Below are positions 25,100 to 37,720 of a stretch of DNA of 64,000 bases, piece by piece (within the stretch, counting starts at the first letter, position 1; the number at the start of each line of letters is the position of its first letter). Source of the DNA: Carcharhinus longimanus (lineage: Eukaryota); assembly GCA_030264375.1 (NCBI GenBank), contig JASCQW010000137.1, positions 23,721,453 through 23,785,452 on the forward strand. Direction: 5' to 3'. The notes below the pieces were generated by a model. It saw nothing but the letters and a program-made list of their open reading frames with translations. It had not been told where the DNA came from and searched no databases. Made by a program: the position numbers and the translations under genes.

Positions 25100-25309
25100 T
25101 GAGATGATGTACAGATATACACATACCTAAAAATCTGTGCACCTTGAAAAAGTATTTCTCTAGTCACTGCATGTTGTATAACTACAAGCTCAGAAGGACA
25201 ACACTGAGATGATGTGCAGATGTACACGTATCTGAGAATCTATGCATCTTGGAGGAATATCTCCTTGGTCACTGCATGTTGTGTAACTATGAGCTCAGAA
25301 GGATGGCAC
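25100..25309. repeat. Tandem duplication, two ~105-bp units
   Basis: TGAGATGATGT..GTCACTGCATGTTGT..AGCTCAGAAGGA starts at 25100 and at 25205. Confidence 0.9.
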
Positions 25310-25364
25310 TTTCCCTTCCTCCCTCACTGCAGTTACTGAGAAATTGTTAGGACANNNNNNNNNN

Positions 25365-25399
<35 letters not shown>

Positions 25400-28280
25400 A
25401 CCCATATGTCTTGAATTTGGAATGTATAGCCCCTTTAAACATTGAAACTCTCAGAAACCATTCCAAATATTATAACCTTTTCTACAGTTGATATCCATAG
25501 AGACGTGCTTTGTTTTCCCTTCTCTAATCTTGAGCTTTTTTTTTGCTTTTTTCCTGAAGTCCTGAGCAGCTCTGCAGAAGCTATGTCATGGCTGGCAGTG
25601 AGATATGATAAAAGAGTTGCGATCAGTTTCATCCGTGGAGATATTTCTCCTATCTCTCTTAGCCAGCCTGCCCATAAATTGCTGTATAGCTTATATTAAA
25701 TTTAGTTTTAAAATGTGTTTTTTACAGTCTCGTGAAGATGGTTAAAAATAGCTGCTCAGTTCAGAGGTTGCATGTGGAATGTCAATTCAGTTTGCAAAGA
25801 TATTAACACTTCAAAAACTGGTTTGCATACAAACAAATATAAATGAATGCAAGTGTAACGCTTTTGCTTGGAGTAAATCGTGTTATTTACTTGACAGGTT
25901 GTCTAAAACTTTGGGCATCTCCTATCCAGTGATTCAGATGAACCTTGTGCTCACTGTAACAACAGCTATGTAAATTTATACCTAATTCAGAATACACAGA
26001 AACCTCTGAGAGCAGGTGTCTTCTAAACCACAGTTTGATCTGACCAGTGTTTCAATTTTATTGAAGGCAAAACTATGAAACACAGTACTGAGGAAGAAGT
26101 TGATCTTAATGATTTCCTCTTTTCAACCAGTTTGTCCAATGAATAAATAATTTAAAATGTTAATTGGATGAAAATTAATAAGGTAAACGTCACAGCAACA
26201 GTAAAGCTTTCTATTCACACCATGTACTTGAGTTGCTGGTGGGTGACTAATATTGATGCCTCTCCATGTTCAATCCTATTTACAGCCATGTACTAACTTT
26301 CATTTTGACCTCCATAGTCAGTTGTTGCAATCACTTCATCAATATAATGCTTTCTCTTTAGTATAATTATTTTGTTTATCTATAACTGAAATTTTGTATC
26401 ATTTTATTGTTTGTAAGTCTAAGCAATGTATCTGCACTGTTTAAACTATTTTGTACTTTTATAGAAACATTTTAAAATATTTTTGCTTTATTTAGAGCAG
26501 TGTGTCTGTGCTTTCATTTTCTCATGAGACATTCCTTATCCATTTTTGTTGGAAAGTGAAAATAGGGCAAAATTCCTGGCCAATTCCTATTGACTAAAGT
26601 GAAAACCCTCCACATGCAAAAATATTAAAATTAAAGCATGTTGACCTTAAATTACATAATTCTGTATAAACCATAGCATCCAGTATAGAATCTGGTATGC
26701 ATTGTGTTTCCCTGTAGACAAGATTAACTCGCACAAACAGATAGCTATGAAAAGAAATGCTTTAATTAAATTGAGTGTCTATACAGAACTGAGTACAGAT
26801 GAGCCAAAATGTGCACACGCTTTATCAAGTCACACTATTTTGTCTAGTGATGTGCCTCTGCAATATACCAGCTGAAGATATGAAAGCATACATATTGCTT
26901 GCTTCACAACAACATAAAGACAAATGTACCTCCTCAAAGTTAACTCCAGAACTTACTGAGTGCAATGTATTTATTTCCTGATATATCAGTAATATCTTTG
27001 ACATCTCATGTGGGCAGAGTATAAGTGTTTTCTTAGCTCACAGTCTGAACATTCAAACTGAAGTTTAACATTTTACATTGTACAAAATTCCTTGCACGGA
27101 CCCTGAACCAACTAAAACTATAATCCAACTTAACTTTTCATGTCAAATACTAATGTTAATTTCACGTGTGTGTGACCAAACACCTTTGTGCCAATTTTTT
27201 ATTCTAAAAGTATAAACTCAAGTGATCTATTTTAATATCCCATTTCACTTTAAAGCTTCTTTTTAATTGAGAAAACAACGGATCAAACTTTAAAAGATTA
27301 GATCGCTGAGGCCAAGTCTAGTGCCAAATCTTTCCATCCTTGATGCATATTGAGTGGAACTACATTGAATATAATATTGGGCAGCTGCAGGTTTTTATTA
27401 AGCTCAGATATGCTGCATTGATATAAATCTGACTGGCTCTGTATATAAAATGATAATTACAAGAAGCTGCAAAAGAGGAGAGAAGAATGCAGTGGTTGTT
27501 GGAGAAAGACTCCAGTCACATTTGACACCAGTTTGAATTATTACAATTTATGTTTATCAAAATGTTCCAAATGGCAGTTAATTTTCTTTTTCATAGTTTG
27601 GTATATTTTTAAATTATATTCAAGGCTTATGCATCTTGTGTTGAATTTATACAATCTGTGTTTGGGCTAAATGTAGAGCCACGGAACAGGCCAAGATGAG
27701 CTTTATTAAATTGTTTCATTTTTTTTCTTCCTACAAAAAAATGTAAGCGTAAACTAAAATCTGCAGCATCTTGACAATGTACCATGCTTCAACATAAGAA
27801 GATTAGGTGGTGCATCTTCCCATTCCTAAGCAAAGGGAAGGATTTGAGAAGTAAGATACATCTCTGGGCAAGAGAGAGAAGTAGGGTGGTGGAGGCAGGC
27901 ACGCTAGAGTTGTTTAAGACTTACCTAGATAGGCACATGAGCAGACTAGAGATGGAGGGATACAAAAGAATGTCCTCGTTGAGGATCAAGACCCTCAGGA
28001 CGTTCCTGGGAATTAATAGATTCCTATGGGCCGTCCAACATATTTTATGGCTCACCTGTCTCTTGCGTTGGAGCTACTGGGAATCTTCCGTTAATGTTGG
28101 TATAGGCTGTTGTATGTTTATTGATGTCTCTTTTTTACATCCACAGGCGATTCGGTCCGCCTTGTTGGCCAACAAGGGGCATACACACGATGGGTCATGA
28201 GAGGGCTGCCCTTGGATGTTGCTTCGAGAGTTGCCTAGTGCTTCACGTCGTTCGTGTAGGCTTAAACTGGACCTATTGAC

Positions 28281-28490
28281 GGGCAACACGACAGCTCAGT
28301 GACTATGCTGTGCAGCTACAGGGACCCGGGTCAGATCTCCGGCATGGGTCGGTGTCTGTGGGAGTTTGCACATTCTCCCTGTGCTTGCATGGGTTTTCTC
28401 CGGGTGCTCTGGTTTCCTCCTACACCCCAAAAACGTGCTTTTAGGCTGATTGGTGTTAATAAGTTGTCCCTAAATTGGATCTCCCTTAAT
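28281..28490 (+). mobile_element. Divergent V-SINE nested in a CR1 tail
   Basis: CAGGGACCCGGGTC head, GGGAGTTTGCACATTCTCCC..CCGGGTGCTCTGGTTTCCTCC core. Confidence 0.7.
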
Positions 28491-29199
28491 CTGGCACATA
28501 TATAATTCTTTAAATTTGCACCCCTTTATTGTGGAGTCCGTGAGATGTAGACAAAAGTCGTAGGTAGAAGGAGGATTGGAAAGAAGCACTCACTGATAGT
28601 TAAAATGGGCGGCGCTGGCTTGTAGGGCTGAGGGCCTGTTTCCTATGCTGTGTTGTTCTTTGTTCTCTTTGTCTTGGGACACGAAGTGCCATCCATCTAA
28701 GTAAAGGGTTATGTGTTGTGCTGTAGTCCTATGCCATGGTTACGACTTATTGTTAAACGTACTCAACAAGAATAACATGAATTATATGGTGAAGTAAAAT
28801 GTCCCCAGGCATTTCCCAGCAGAATTATACAGGTAATCCTAAACTTTACGACATTCAAATTATGACAAACGGTACTTGTGATATTTATAAATTTCCACCC
28901 TGTTTCAGGTTTACGATGTCGATTTTAATGTTCTGTGCCACCCATCTTTTATATTTTTGGGTTGGTGACTTTGAACAAGCCCAATTTTCTGGTAACTATG
29001 TGGCTGTACAGTACAGAGATATGGGGACAGAGACAGAATGATAGATGGACAGGGAACAATGGAATAGAAGAGCAGTACTATCTGTCATGCGTAGTTTAGA
29101 CAGACACTTGCACTGAGAGCGTGAGAGCACAGTAAATATGCCATCACTGCGTTAGGCTCATCTGCATGTAAACCATATCCATATGGTTTACATGCAGAC

Positions 29200-29795
29200 A
29201 TTTGAACAAGGACCAGGAGTAGGCTATTTGGCCTCTTGTGCCTGCTCCACAATTTAATAAGATTGTAGCTAATCTGATATTAATCTCAAATCTGCAGCCT
29301 ACCTCCCCCCAATAACCTATCACCCCCTTGCTTACCAAGAATCTATCCATGGCGGCCTTAAAAATATTCATTTGTGATTCATACTGAAGCAGCCTATGTC
29401 CAAAAGCAACAAGACCTGGAAAACCTCCTGGCTTGCATGACAAGTGGCAAGTAATATTCACATCACACAAGTGCCAGGCAATAACCATCTCCAACAAGAA
29501 AGGATCTAACTATCACCCCTTGTTATTCAACGGCATTGCCATCACTGAATCCCCCAATATCAACATCCTGGGTTTACCATTGACCAGAAACTGAACTGGA
29601 CAAGCCACATAAATACTGTGATTACCAGAGCAGATCAAAAACTAGGGATCCTGCAGTGAGTAACTCACCTCCTCACTCCCCAAAGCCTGTCCACCATCTA
29701 CAAGACAAGTCAGGAGTGTAATGGAATACTTTCCATTTATCTGGATGAGTGTATCTCCAACAACACTCAAGAGGCTCGACACCATCCAGGACAAT
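29200..29795. mobile_element. Adjacent CR1-superfamily fragments in opposite orientation
   Basis: Minus-strand 3' tail at 29200-29370; plus-strand WQVIFTSHKC..INILGL..DQKLNW..HIN region at 29430-29795. Confidence 0.7.
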
Positions 29796-32700
29796 TGATT
29801 AATGCTAGGCTGTGTATTCTTAAATTTGCAATCAAAATGTTAGAACTGTAGAGAAAGTGTTTCACGTAATACAAAAATGTGGAATACTTATTCATTTAGG
29901 ACACATGCATTTCTGTTCTATAGAACTTTGCTTGGATTGTTTTAAATAAACCATTTGGTAATTGAACATTTCTGCAGTGAGGTTATATCAACCCTGATAG
30001 AAACCCATCTTTAGAAATTATCCTCACTGCTAAATAAAGAAAAAGATATGAAACTATGTGATGCAGCAAGAAAGGGGAAGACTGACTGTGATGATTTTCC
30101 AAATGCTGTAATAGCTGGAAGGTTATCACTCTTACCCTTTTATTCTGCAGGGCATTCTAATTCAAATCAATGGCCTGAGGATTCTTTACCTATAATTGTG
30201 TTCTCCCTGGTAACATGGTTCGAAGGTTTATCACCACATGTCAATTTATATCAAGTCTCAGAAATGTTGAAAAAAGCTTACCACAAAACATCAACCATCC
30301 CTGGGCCCTGTAGATTTGATTATTCTTGCCAGTATTGCAGGCACATAAAGTGTAAAATAGTTTTGGAATGCATGGGAACATTCCATGGAATGACAGCATC
30401 TCTGACATGAAGCAAGCAGCTGCAATGTTATGGCTCTGTATGACACCCCCAAATACACAATTCATGTCTATCTGTATTCCAATACAATTCTGTGGAGTAT
30501 TTTCCCCCCAGGGAAGAAATAATGAGGTAAGATACCATGTGGAATTAATGGGAACATGAGTATACAATTCAGCTTCTTAAGACTGTTCCCTATTAAATTA
30601 AATCTGGCTGTTCTATATCTCAGCTCATTTTACATGTCTGATATATTTCCCTGGGCATTTTCAATCCAGCCTTAACTGCATTTTGGGGCGAGAATTTATA
30701 TTCCCATTATGCTTTTGAGTGAAAAGGTGTTTTCTGATTTTACTCCTGAATGTTTTATCTCTAAATTTAAGATTACCTTAAGATTAAGATCCCTTTTCTG
30801 GATTTTCCTCACCAGAGGAAACAGCTTCTCTATCAACCTTTTTTTAATATAATTTTAAACACTCCAGTTAACCCATTCTGTAATTTTCTATAGAACGCAA
30901 GCTGTGCCCAGCAACTGTCCACATAAATTTTTAATGTCTATCACATCCTTCTTGAGTTGCACTGCCCAAAATGGCTGGCCAGCATTTATTGCCTATCCTT
31001 AGTTGCCCTTGATAAGGTGGTGGCGAGTTGCTTCTTCAGTTGCTGCGTCCACGTGCTATGAGTTGACCCACGATGCCATTAGGGAGGAAATTCCCAGATT
31101 TTGACCCAGCAACTGCGAAGGAATGGTGAAATATTTCCAAGTGAGGAATGTTAGTGGCTTGGCGGGGAACTTGCAGATGGTGATGTTCCCATGTATCTTC
31201 TAGATGGAAGTGGTCATAAGTTTGAAAGATACTGTCTAAGGATCTTTGGTAAATTGCAAAGATTTTCGTAGATGTTAAGATTCTGGAAGAAAGTAAATTA
31301 CTGAAAGCAGATCCTGATACATTGGGGGAATGGGTGAGTGTTTGGCAAATGGTATTTAACTTAGCCAAGTGCATGTAGGCAGGACCAACACTAAGTATAC
31401 ATATACCTTGGAGGAAACACAATGAAAACCTATGGAGAAAGAACAAGAAATTGGAGTCATTCTTTAAAGGTTCACAACCAATATTGCAAAGCTATAAGCA
31501 AATCAAACAGTGCTGCAGTGCAATCACAACTGTAGAATACAAAATCGCACATGCCATTTCACCCTTGCATAAGATTTATTTAAATAATGTGACAAGCTTT
31601 GGTTTCCTCACATGGTAGCTAATTTAAAATATTTATATGCTCTTTAAAGAAGCAATAACTTAGATGATTTAGTTAAAGTCCATAAAAACTATGAAAGGAT
31701 GAGATTGTGTTCACATTAACCAGTTATTTAAATTAGATAGGTTAGGGTGGAAATTTATAAATTTCTCAAGCCAGAACAAAATTATATGTTGGGCCAGGCG
31801 TTCCGAAGTTGTGTTCCTTGGAATCTGGAATTCAGCGAGAGGCCTCTGGGGGTTCCACAGAAGCCCAGGATGGCACTTGAGCAAGATTCATAAAATGTGC
31901 GAAATGCATGTCTAAAACAGTTAGTTGTGGTGATTAATTAAGGGAGAAATGTATAGCATTAAAAGAAAATCAAAATATGTAATCGGCCAATCAGAGCCCA
32001 GCCTCTCTGCTGATGTCTATAGAGGCCGGAACCTGATGGGCTGATTGGATTTTTAAAATCTCCCCTGTTGCTGGGCATAAAAGTGCATAGTGGAGCAGCT
32101 TGTGATGCAAAGAGACCATGGTGTCCATGGGGGAAATGAAGGGAAGCTGCAAGCTGAGAGGCGAGCATGCTACTCAGCTATGGTTCAGTGAATGAAGGTT
32201 GGCTCAAAGAAGTAGAAAATAAGCGATGAAGGTGGACCACTTCAGGCAATCACTGCAGAACAATCAGGAATGTGCCGCTCACTGGATAACAGNNNNNNNN
32301 NNNNNNNNNNNNNNNNNNNNNNNNNNNNNNNNNNNNNNNNNNNNNNNNNNNNTTATTGAATGGCAGGGCAGGCTCGAAGGGCTGGATGGCCTACTCCTGC
32401 TCCTATTTCTTATGTTCTTATGTTCTTATAGACTGCACACTGCCCACATCAACAAAGGGTTATATTCAACAGGACAGCTGGACCTGCTAATCTTTTTCTC
32501 CAATGTTTCCACATTTTTTTTAAAATTTGACCTTTTCTTGCACTATGGCTCATTCTACCCATGCTCCACCAAGAGATTCATTATCCTCCCCTTTACACAC
32601 TTCACAGTGTTTTTTTTGTCTCTTCTATTTTAGTTGTAAATTGCTTTGCCATTGACAGCCATGCCTTCAGCTGCCTCAGTCCTAAACTCTGGAATTTACA

Positions 32701-32894
32701 CCCTAAGTTTCTCTGCCCCTTGGGGCGATGGGATGTGGGAAAGATTGTTTTGTGGAAGGAGGTGGGGCTGTTGGAAGTTCATGACACACAACGAAGATAT
32801 ATCCCAGTGAGAAAGAAAGATTGTAGGAAAGGGATAAATCAACTATGGTTAACCAAGGAAGTTAAGATTAGTATTAAACCAAAGGAAAAACATA

Positions 32895-34000
32895 TTGTTA
32901 TCCGACTGTAAGCCTTCTCCCCAAATATTATTCCCATGTGTGACAGATCAAAGGACAGGGAGTCAACTCAGATTAAATTTAAACAAAATCTTTCTTTTTA
33001 CTCAATATATAGCACCAATACTCAACATAAATTCACACCAGTTGCAACACTTATTCTAATGCATTTAACTTTAATCCTTTTAACTTTAACACGTTTGACT
33101 CTAACTCTGATTTAAGCTTTTTATTGAAAACAAATACTACCTGTTTGAGCAAACTGGCCAGACTTGCTCTCTGGTAGGAATTCCCCTCATGGTTCTTCGA
33201 CTTTCCCTGAAGAAAATCTTCAGGGCACACATTGTGAGTTTCTGCTGAGGACAAAGACTTAAAGTACATTTTATATCTAAAATTTTGCACAATCTTTCAG
33301 AAAGTTCTCTGGCACTCAGTCAATTATACTACTAGAAACTAATCACAATGTTTGATTATAGGCAATGGAGTTACTCGTAAACAACTCCCAAATGTTTATA
33401 CAAAGCTGCACGTAAATTNNNNNNNNNNNNNNNNNNNNNNNNNNNNNNNNNNNNNNNNNNNNNNNNNNNNNNNNNNNNNNNNNNNNNNNNNNNNNNNNNN
33501 NNNNNNNNNNNNNNNNNNNNNNNNNNNNNNNNNNNNNNNNNNNNNNNNNNNNNNNNNNNNNNNNNNNNNNNNNNNNNNNNNNNNNNNNNNNNNNNNNNNN
33601 NNNNNNNNNNNNNNNNNNNNNNNNNNNNNNNNNNNNNNNNNNNNNNNNNNNNNNNNNNNNNNNNNNNNNNNNNNNNNNNNNNNNNNNNNNNNNNNNNNNN
33701 NNNNNNNNNNNNNNNNNNNNNNNNNNNNNNNNNNNNNNNNNNNNNNNNNNNNNNNNNNNNNNNNNNNNNNNNNNNNNNNNNNNNNNNNNNNNNNNNNNNN
33801 NNNNNNNNNNNNNNNNNNNNNNNNNNNNNNNNNNNNNNNNNNNNNNNNNNNNNNNNNNNNNNNNNNNNNNNNNNNNNNNNNNNNNNNNNNNNNNNNNNNN
33901 NNNNACAGAGCATATAAAGCACAGACAGTTTACAGATTACTGATTAGAATGCAAATCTTTACACCTAACCTGCTGTTCAAGCCTTAAAGTAACTTTCACA
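32895..34000 (-). mobile_element. Possible solo LTR nested in CR1 (spans N gap)
   Basis: Interrupts CR1 sequence (32790-32894 and 34001 onward); TGT..ACA ends; no TSD seen. Confidence 0.35.
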
Positions 34001-35747
34001 AAAGAAAAACTACTAATGGGGCTAAAAGCTAATAGGTCCCCTATATATGGTGAGTTGCATCCTAGGACATTAAAGGGGGTAGCTACAGAGATTGTGGGTG
34101 CACTGGATGCAATCTTCCAAGAATTCTTAAATTCTAGAAAAGTCCAAGAAGATTGGAAAACTGCCAGTGTAATACCCTTATTCAAAAAGGGAGGGAGACA
34201 AAAAACAGGTAACTATAGACCAGTTTACTTAGCAACTATTATTGGGAAAATGTTAACAGTTTATTATAAAGGAGGTAATAGCAGAGCATTTAGAAATACA
34301 TAATGTAATCAAGCAGAGTCAGCATAGCTTCATGAATGGGAAATCATCCCTGACAAGTTCATTACCATTCTGTGAGGTGATAATAAGCACTATAGATAAA
34401 GAAGGACCAGTGGAAGTAATATATTTAGATTTCCGAAAAGCTTTTGGCTGGTACTGCTCAAAAGATGGTCTTATTAAGATAAGAGACCACGGTTTTGGTG
34501 GAAGCAGATTAGTGGAGGATTGGATAACTGATAGAAGATAGAGATTTAGGATAAGAGGGGCATTTTCAGGATGGCAACCTGTAACTAATGGGTGCCACAA
34601 TTATTTACAATATATATTAATGACTTAGACTAGGGCAGTGCATGTATTGCTGGCAAGTTTGCGGACTACACAAAAATAGGTGGGAAGGCAAGCGATGAGG
34701 ATGACACAATGGGCGTGATCTTACGAAAAAATTCCAAGTGCCGAATAAGCAACAAAACAGGAGAGTTTCGGACTCATTTTTTGGGCAGATTTGAAAATGC
34801 AATCTTATGGCATTTAATACAAAAAAAAAAGTTACAGAAGGCAATTCTCAACACCAAAAGCGGTGGAGGTTGGGGGTGGGGGGAGTCATTGTGATACAGA
34901 CAGGTTAAGTGGATGGGCTAAAAACCTGGCAGTTGGAACATAATGCAGGAAAGTGTAACATTATGCACTTTGGAGAAGAACAAAATAATTGAATATGAAA
35001 TGTGGAAAGACTCAAGAAAGCTGCAGCACAAAGGGATATGGGTGTCCTCATATATAAATCACAAAAAAACTTACATGCCAGTGCAGTAGGTAATTGGGAA
35101 GGAAAATGGAATGTTTATTTTAAGGGGATTGAGGAATAAAAATGGGGAAGTCTTGCTACAGCTAAACAAGACACTAATTAGACAACACCTGGAATTCTGT
35201 GAACAGTTTTGGTCCCCATATCTAAAGAAAGATAAAGCGGCATTGGAGGCAGTCCAGAGAAGGTTCACTAGGTTGATTCTGAGAATGGAGGGATTTTCTT
35301 ATAAAGAGAGGTTGAGTAGATTGTACTCATTGTGGAGTTTCAAAGAATGAGAGGCGATCTTCTTGAGAAATATAAGATTCTCAGAGGGCTTAATAGGGTT
35401 GATGCTGAGAAGTTGTTTCCCCTGATGCTGAGAAGTTGGGAGAATCTAGGACCAGAGGGCATCATCTCAGAGTAAGGGGTTGCCCATTTGAGATAGAGGT
35501 GAGGAGGAATTTCTTCTCATAGAAGTTAGTGAATCTGTGGAATTCTTTACCACAGACAGCAGTGAAAACTGGTTCTTTAAATATGTTCAAGGCTGAGATA
35601 GACAGATTTTTAATTAGTAAGGGTAATGGGGATAAATAAGGTGGGAAAGTGGAGTTGAGGATTATCACATCAGAACAGTTATGATCCATTGAGAGTAGAC
35701 TTGATGGGCTGAATGGCACACTGTTGCACTTACGTTTTATGGTCTTA
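34001..35747 (+). mobile_element. CR1/HER1-type LINE ORF2 + 3' tail, decayed, with nested insert ~34710-34890
   Basis: DWKTASVIPLFKKGGRQKTGNYRPV, VIYLDFRKAF, KFADYTK, FWSPYLKKD..LEAVQRRFTRLI, ending in a TTATG(G/T)TC-type tail. Confidence 0.9.
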
Positions 35748-37320
35748 TGGAGGTGAGTGAGAAGCATGTGGTGGTGTGTTGTGGTTTTGGGGTATAGGTG
35801 AAGGAGTGAATGAAGCAGATACAGGTAGGGTTATGGGGGTTTGGGAAAGTGGATCCTGAGTTGAGAGTGGTGGCTGAGAGTTGGCTATGAATAAGACAGT
35901 GGGGAGCACACATTTCCACTGAGCTGGGTTGTTGATGAATGGCATTTTGGGGAGGTTGAGTGGGTGGACCTGAAGACACTCTCTTGGAGAGTCGATGCAG
36001 ATTTCATGGGCAAATGGTCTCCTTCTGCACTGAAGGGATTCTATAAAAAAAAAGGGTGTTGGTGAGTGAGATGGGTGGGATGAATGGGAGGTGTGGTATA
36101 GGTAGGTGGGGTGATTTGTGGCATAGGTGTGTGTTGATGAGTGGGGAGGGTGAGGTGAATGGTAGGTGGGGTGTAGTTGGATAGGGTGTGAGGTCTTGGG
36201 GTGAATGGTAAGTGCAGATGGATGTTGGTGAGTAAGGATGGGGTGAATGGAAGTTGTAGTGTCAGTGGGGGGGATGAATGGAAGGTGTGTAGATGAGTGA
36301 GGGTGCGAGAAGAGTGGAGTGAATGGGGAGTGGAGTGTAGGTGGGCGTTGGTAAGTAAGGTTGGTTTGAATGGAAGGTGTAGATGAGTGGAGTGTGAGGA
36401 GGATGAGCTGACACAGTGGCACAATGGGTAGAACTGTTGCCTCACAGCGCCAGGGACCCGGATGCTCCGGTTTCTTCCTTAGGTTTATTGGCCATGTTAA
36501 ATTGCCCTTAATGTCAGGGTGATTAGTATGGGTAATTACATAAGGTTACCGGGAGAGGGCCTGGGTGGAACTGTGGTCGCTGCAGACCTGATTTCCTCGT
36601 GCATTGTAGGAATTCTATGAGTGGAAGGTGTGGTGGGTATAGGCAAGTTGATGTGTGAAGAGGGTGGGGTGAATGGACGATGTGGTGTAGGTAAGGGAGG
36701 AGGGTAAGGTGAATTGGGGATGTAGGTGAGTGAGGGGGGTAAGGTGAATGAGGGGTATAGGTGGTGGTGTTGTGAGGAGGGTGGGGTGAATAAATGATGT
36801 GCTGTAGTTGGGTGTTGGTGAGTGAGGAGGGTAGGTTGAATGGAAGGTGTGATGTCAGTGTGTGGGGATGTGCGGAGGGTGGGGTGAATGGGAGTTGGGA
36901 TGTTGCTGGGTGGGGTGAAGGGAAGGTGTGGGTGAGTGAGATGGGAGATGGGTGGATGGAGCGTGAGGAGGGGGTGCGGGTGGATGGGGCGTGTGGAGGG
37001 GGTGCGGGTGGATGGGGGCATGAGAANNNNNNNNNNNNNNNNNNNNNNNNNNNNNNNNNNNNNNNNNNNNNNNNNNNNNNNNNNNNNNNNNNNNNNNNNN
37101 NNNNNNNNNNNNNNNNNNNNNNNNNNATGGGGCGTGATGAGGGGGTGCGGGCGGATGGGGCGTGAGGAGGGACGTGAGGAGCAGGTGAGGGTGGATGGGG
37201 CGTGAGGAGGGGATGCGGGTGGATGGGACGTGAAGAGGGGATGAGGGTGGATGGGATGTGGGTAGGGGTGTTGTTGCATGGTGAGGTGAACGGGGGATGT
37301 TGTTGGATGGTGGGGAGGGC
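35748..37320 (+). repeat. G/T-rich low-complexity tract and minisatellite with embedded SINE pieces
   Basis: Recurrent GTGGGGTGAATGGAAGGTGT units, then ~26-nt GGTGCGGGTGGATGGGGCGTGAGGAG units near 36950-37260; SINE tail at 35980-36042 and SINE at 36408-36620. Confidence 0.85.
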
Positions 37321-37720
37321 TGGGATTGCCCACATTCCAGTATTGAGGGAGCAATCCGGGATGTAGAGGGTTAAGAGCCTGGCCCCTCCCCCCCCCCTCC
37401 CCGTCCTCTCCTTCGGCTCTTTCCGCCGCTGGCGGAGATTCCCGAGCGCACTCGGCTGGCTGGCTCGATCGCTGCCGCACCGGCTCCTCTTTGCGGAGAA
37501 TCACCGCCTCGGAGACTGAGGGGAGGAGGGCGAAAAGAGAGGAAAAAAAAAATAACCGGGGTTTTTTAGTTCTCCCTCTCGGTTCTCTCTGGACCCCCCC
37601 CCCCTTCGGTGTGATTTAAAGAAGTGAAAGTTGTGGTGCTGAGGGGTATTTGCCGGAATATCTGCTCGATGCAGGCCATCAAGTGTGTGGTTGTTGGGGA
37701 CGGGTAAGTCCGTTCATCTG
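37310..37720 (+). promoter_or_regulatory. CpG-rich promoter / 5' UTR of RAC3
   Basis: Local GC and CpG enrichment in an otherwise CpG-poor window, GC-box-like GGGGAGGG and C-runs, directly upstream of the ATG. Confidence 0.75.
37669..37703 (+). CDS. RAC3: RAC3 coding exon 1
   Basis: ATGCAGGCCATCAAGTGTGTGGTTGTTGGGGACGG|GTAAG = MQAIKCVVVGDG; 35-nt coding part typical of Rac genes. Confidence 0.97.

Noticed and set aside
25100-25208. Box C/D snoRNA (ATGATGT ... CTGA)
   Set aside because: The C box is imperfect, the CTGA arises at the tandem-repeat junction, there is no terminal stem and it is not in a known host intron.
27784-28200. 138-aa ORF as a novel protein
   Set aside because: Its middle part is a CR1 ORF2 C-terminus (VVEAGTLELFKTYLDRHM); the rest has no recognisable coding signal.
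33352-33987. ORFs spanning N runs (also 4350-4926, 37831-38293 and others)
   Set aside because: Open only because unknown bases are translated as X.
35737-37504. Long His/Pro/Thr-rich minus-strand ORFs (up to 322 aa)
   Set aside because: Artefacts of the G/T-rich low-complexity tract and an N gap; no domain or exon structure.
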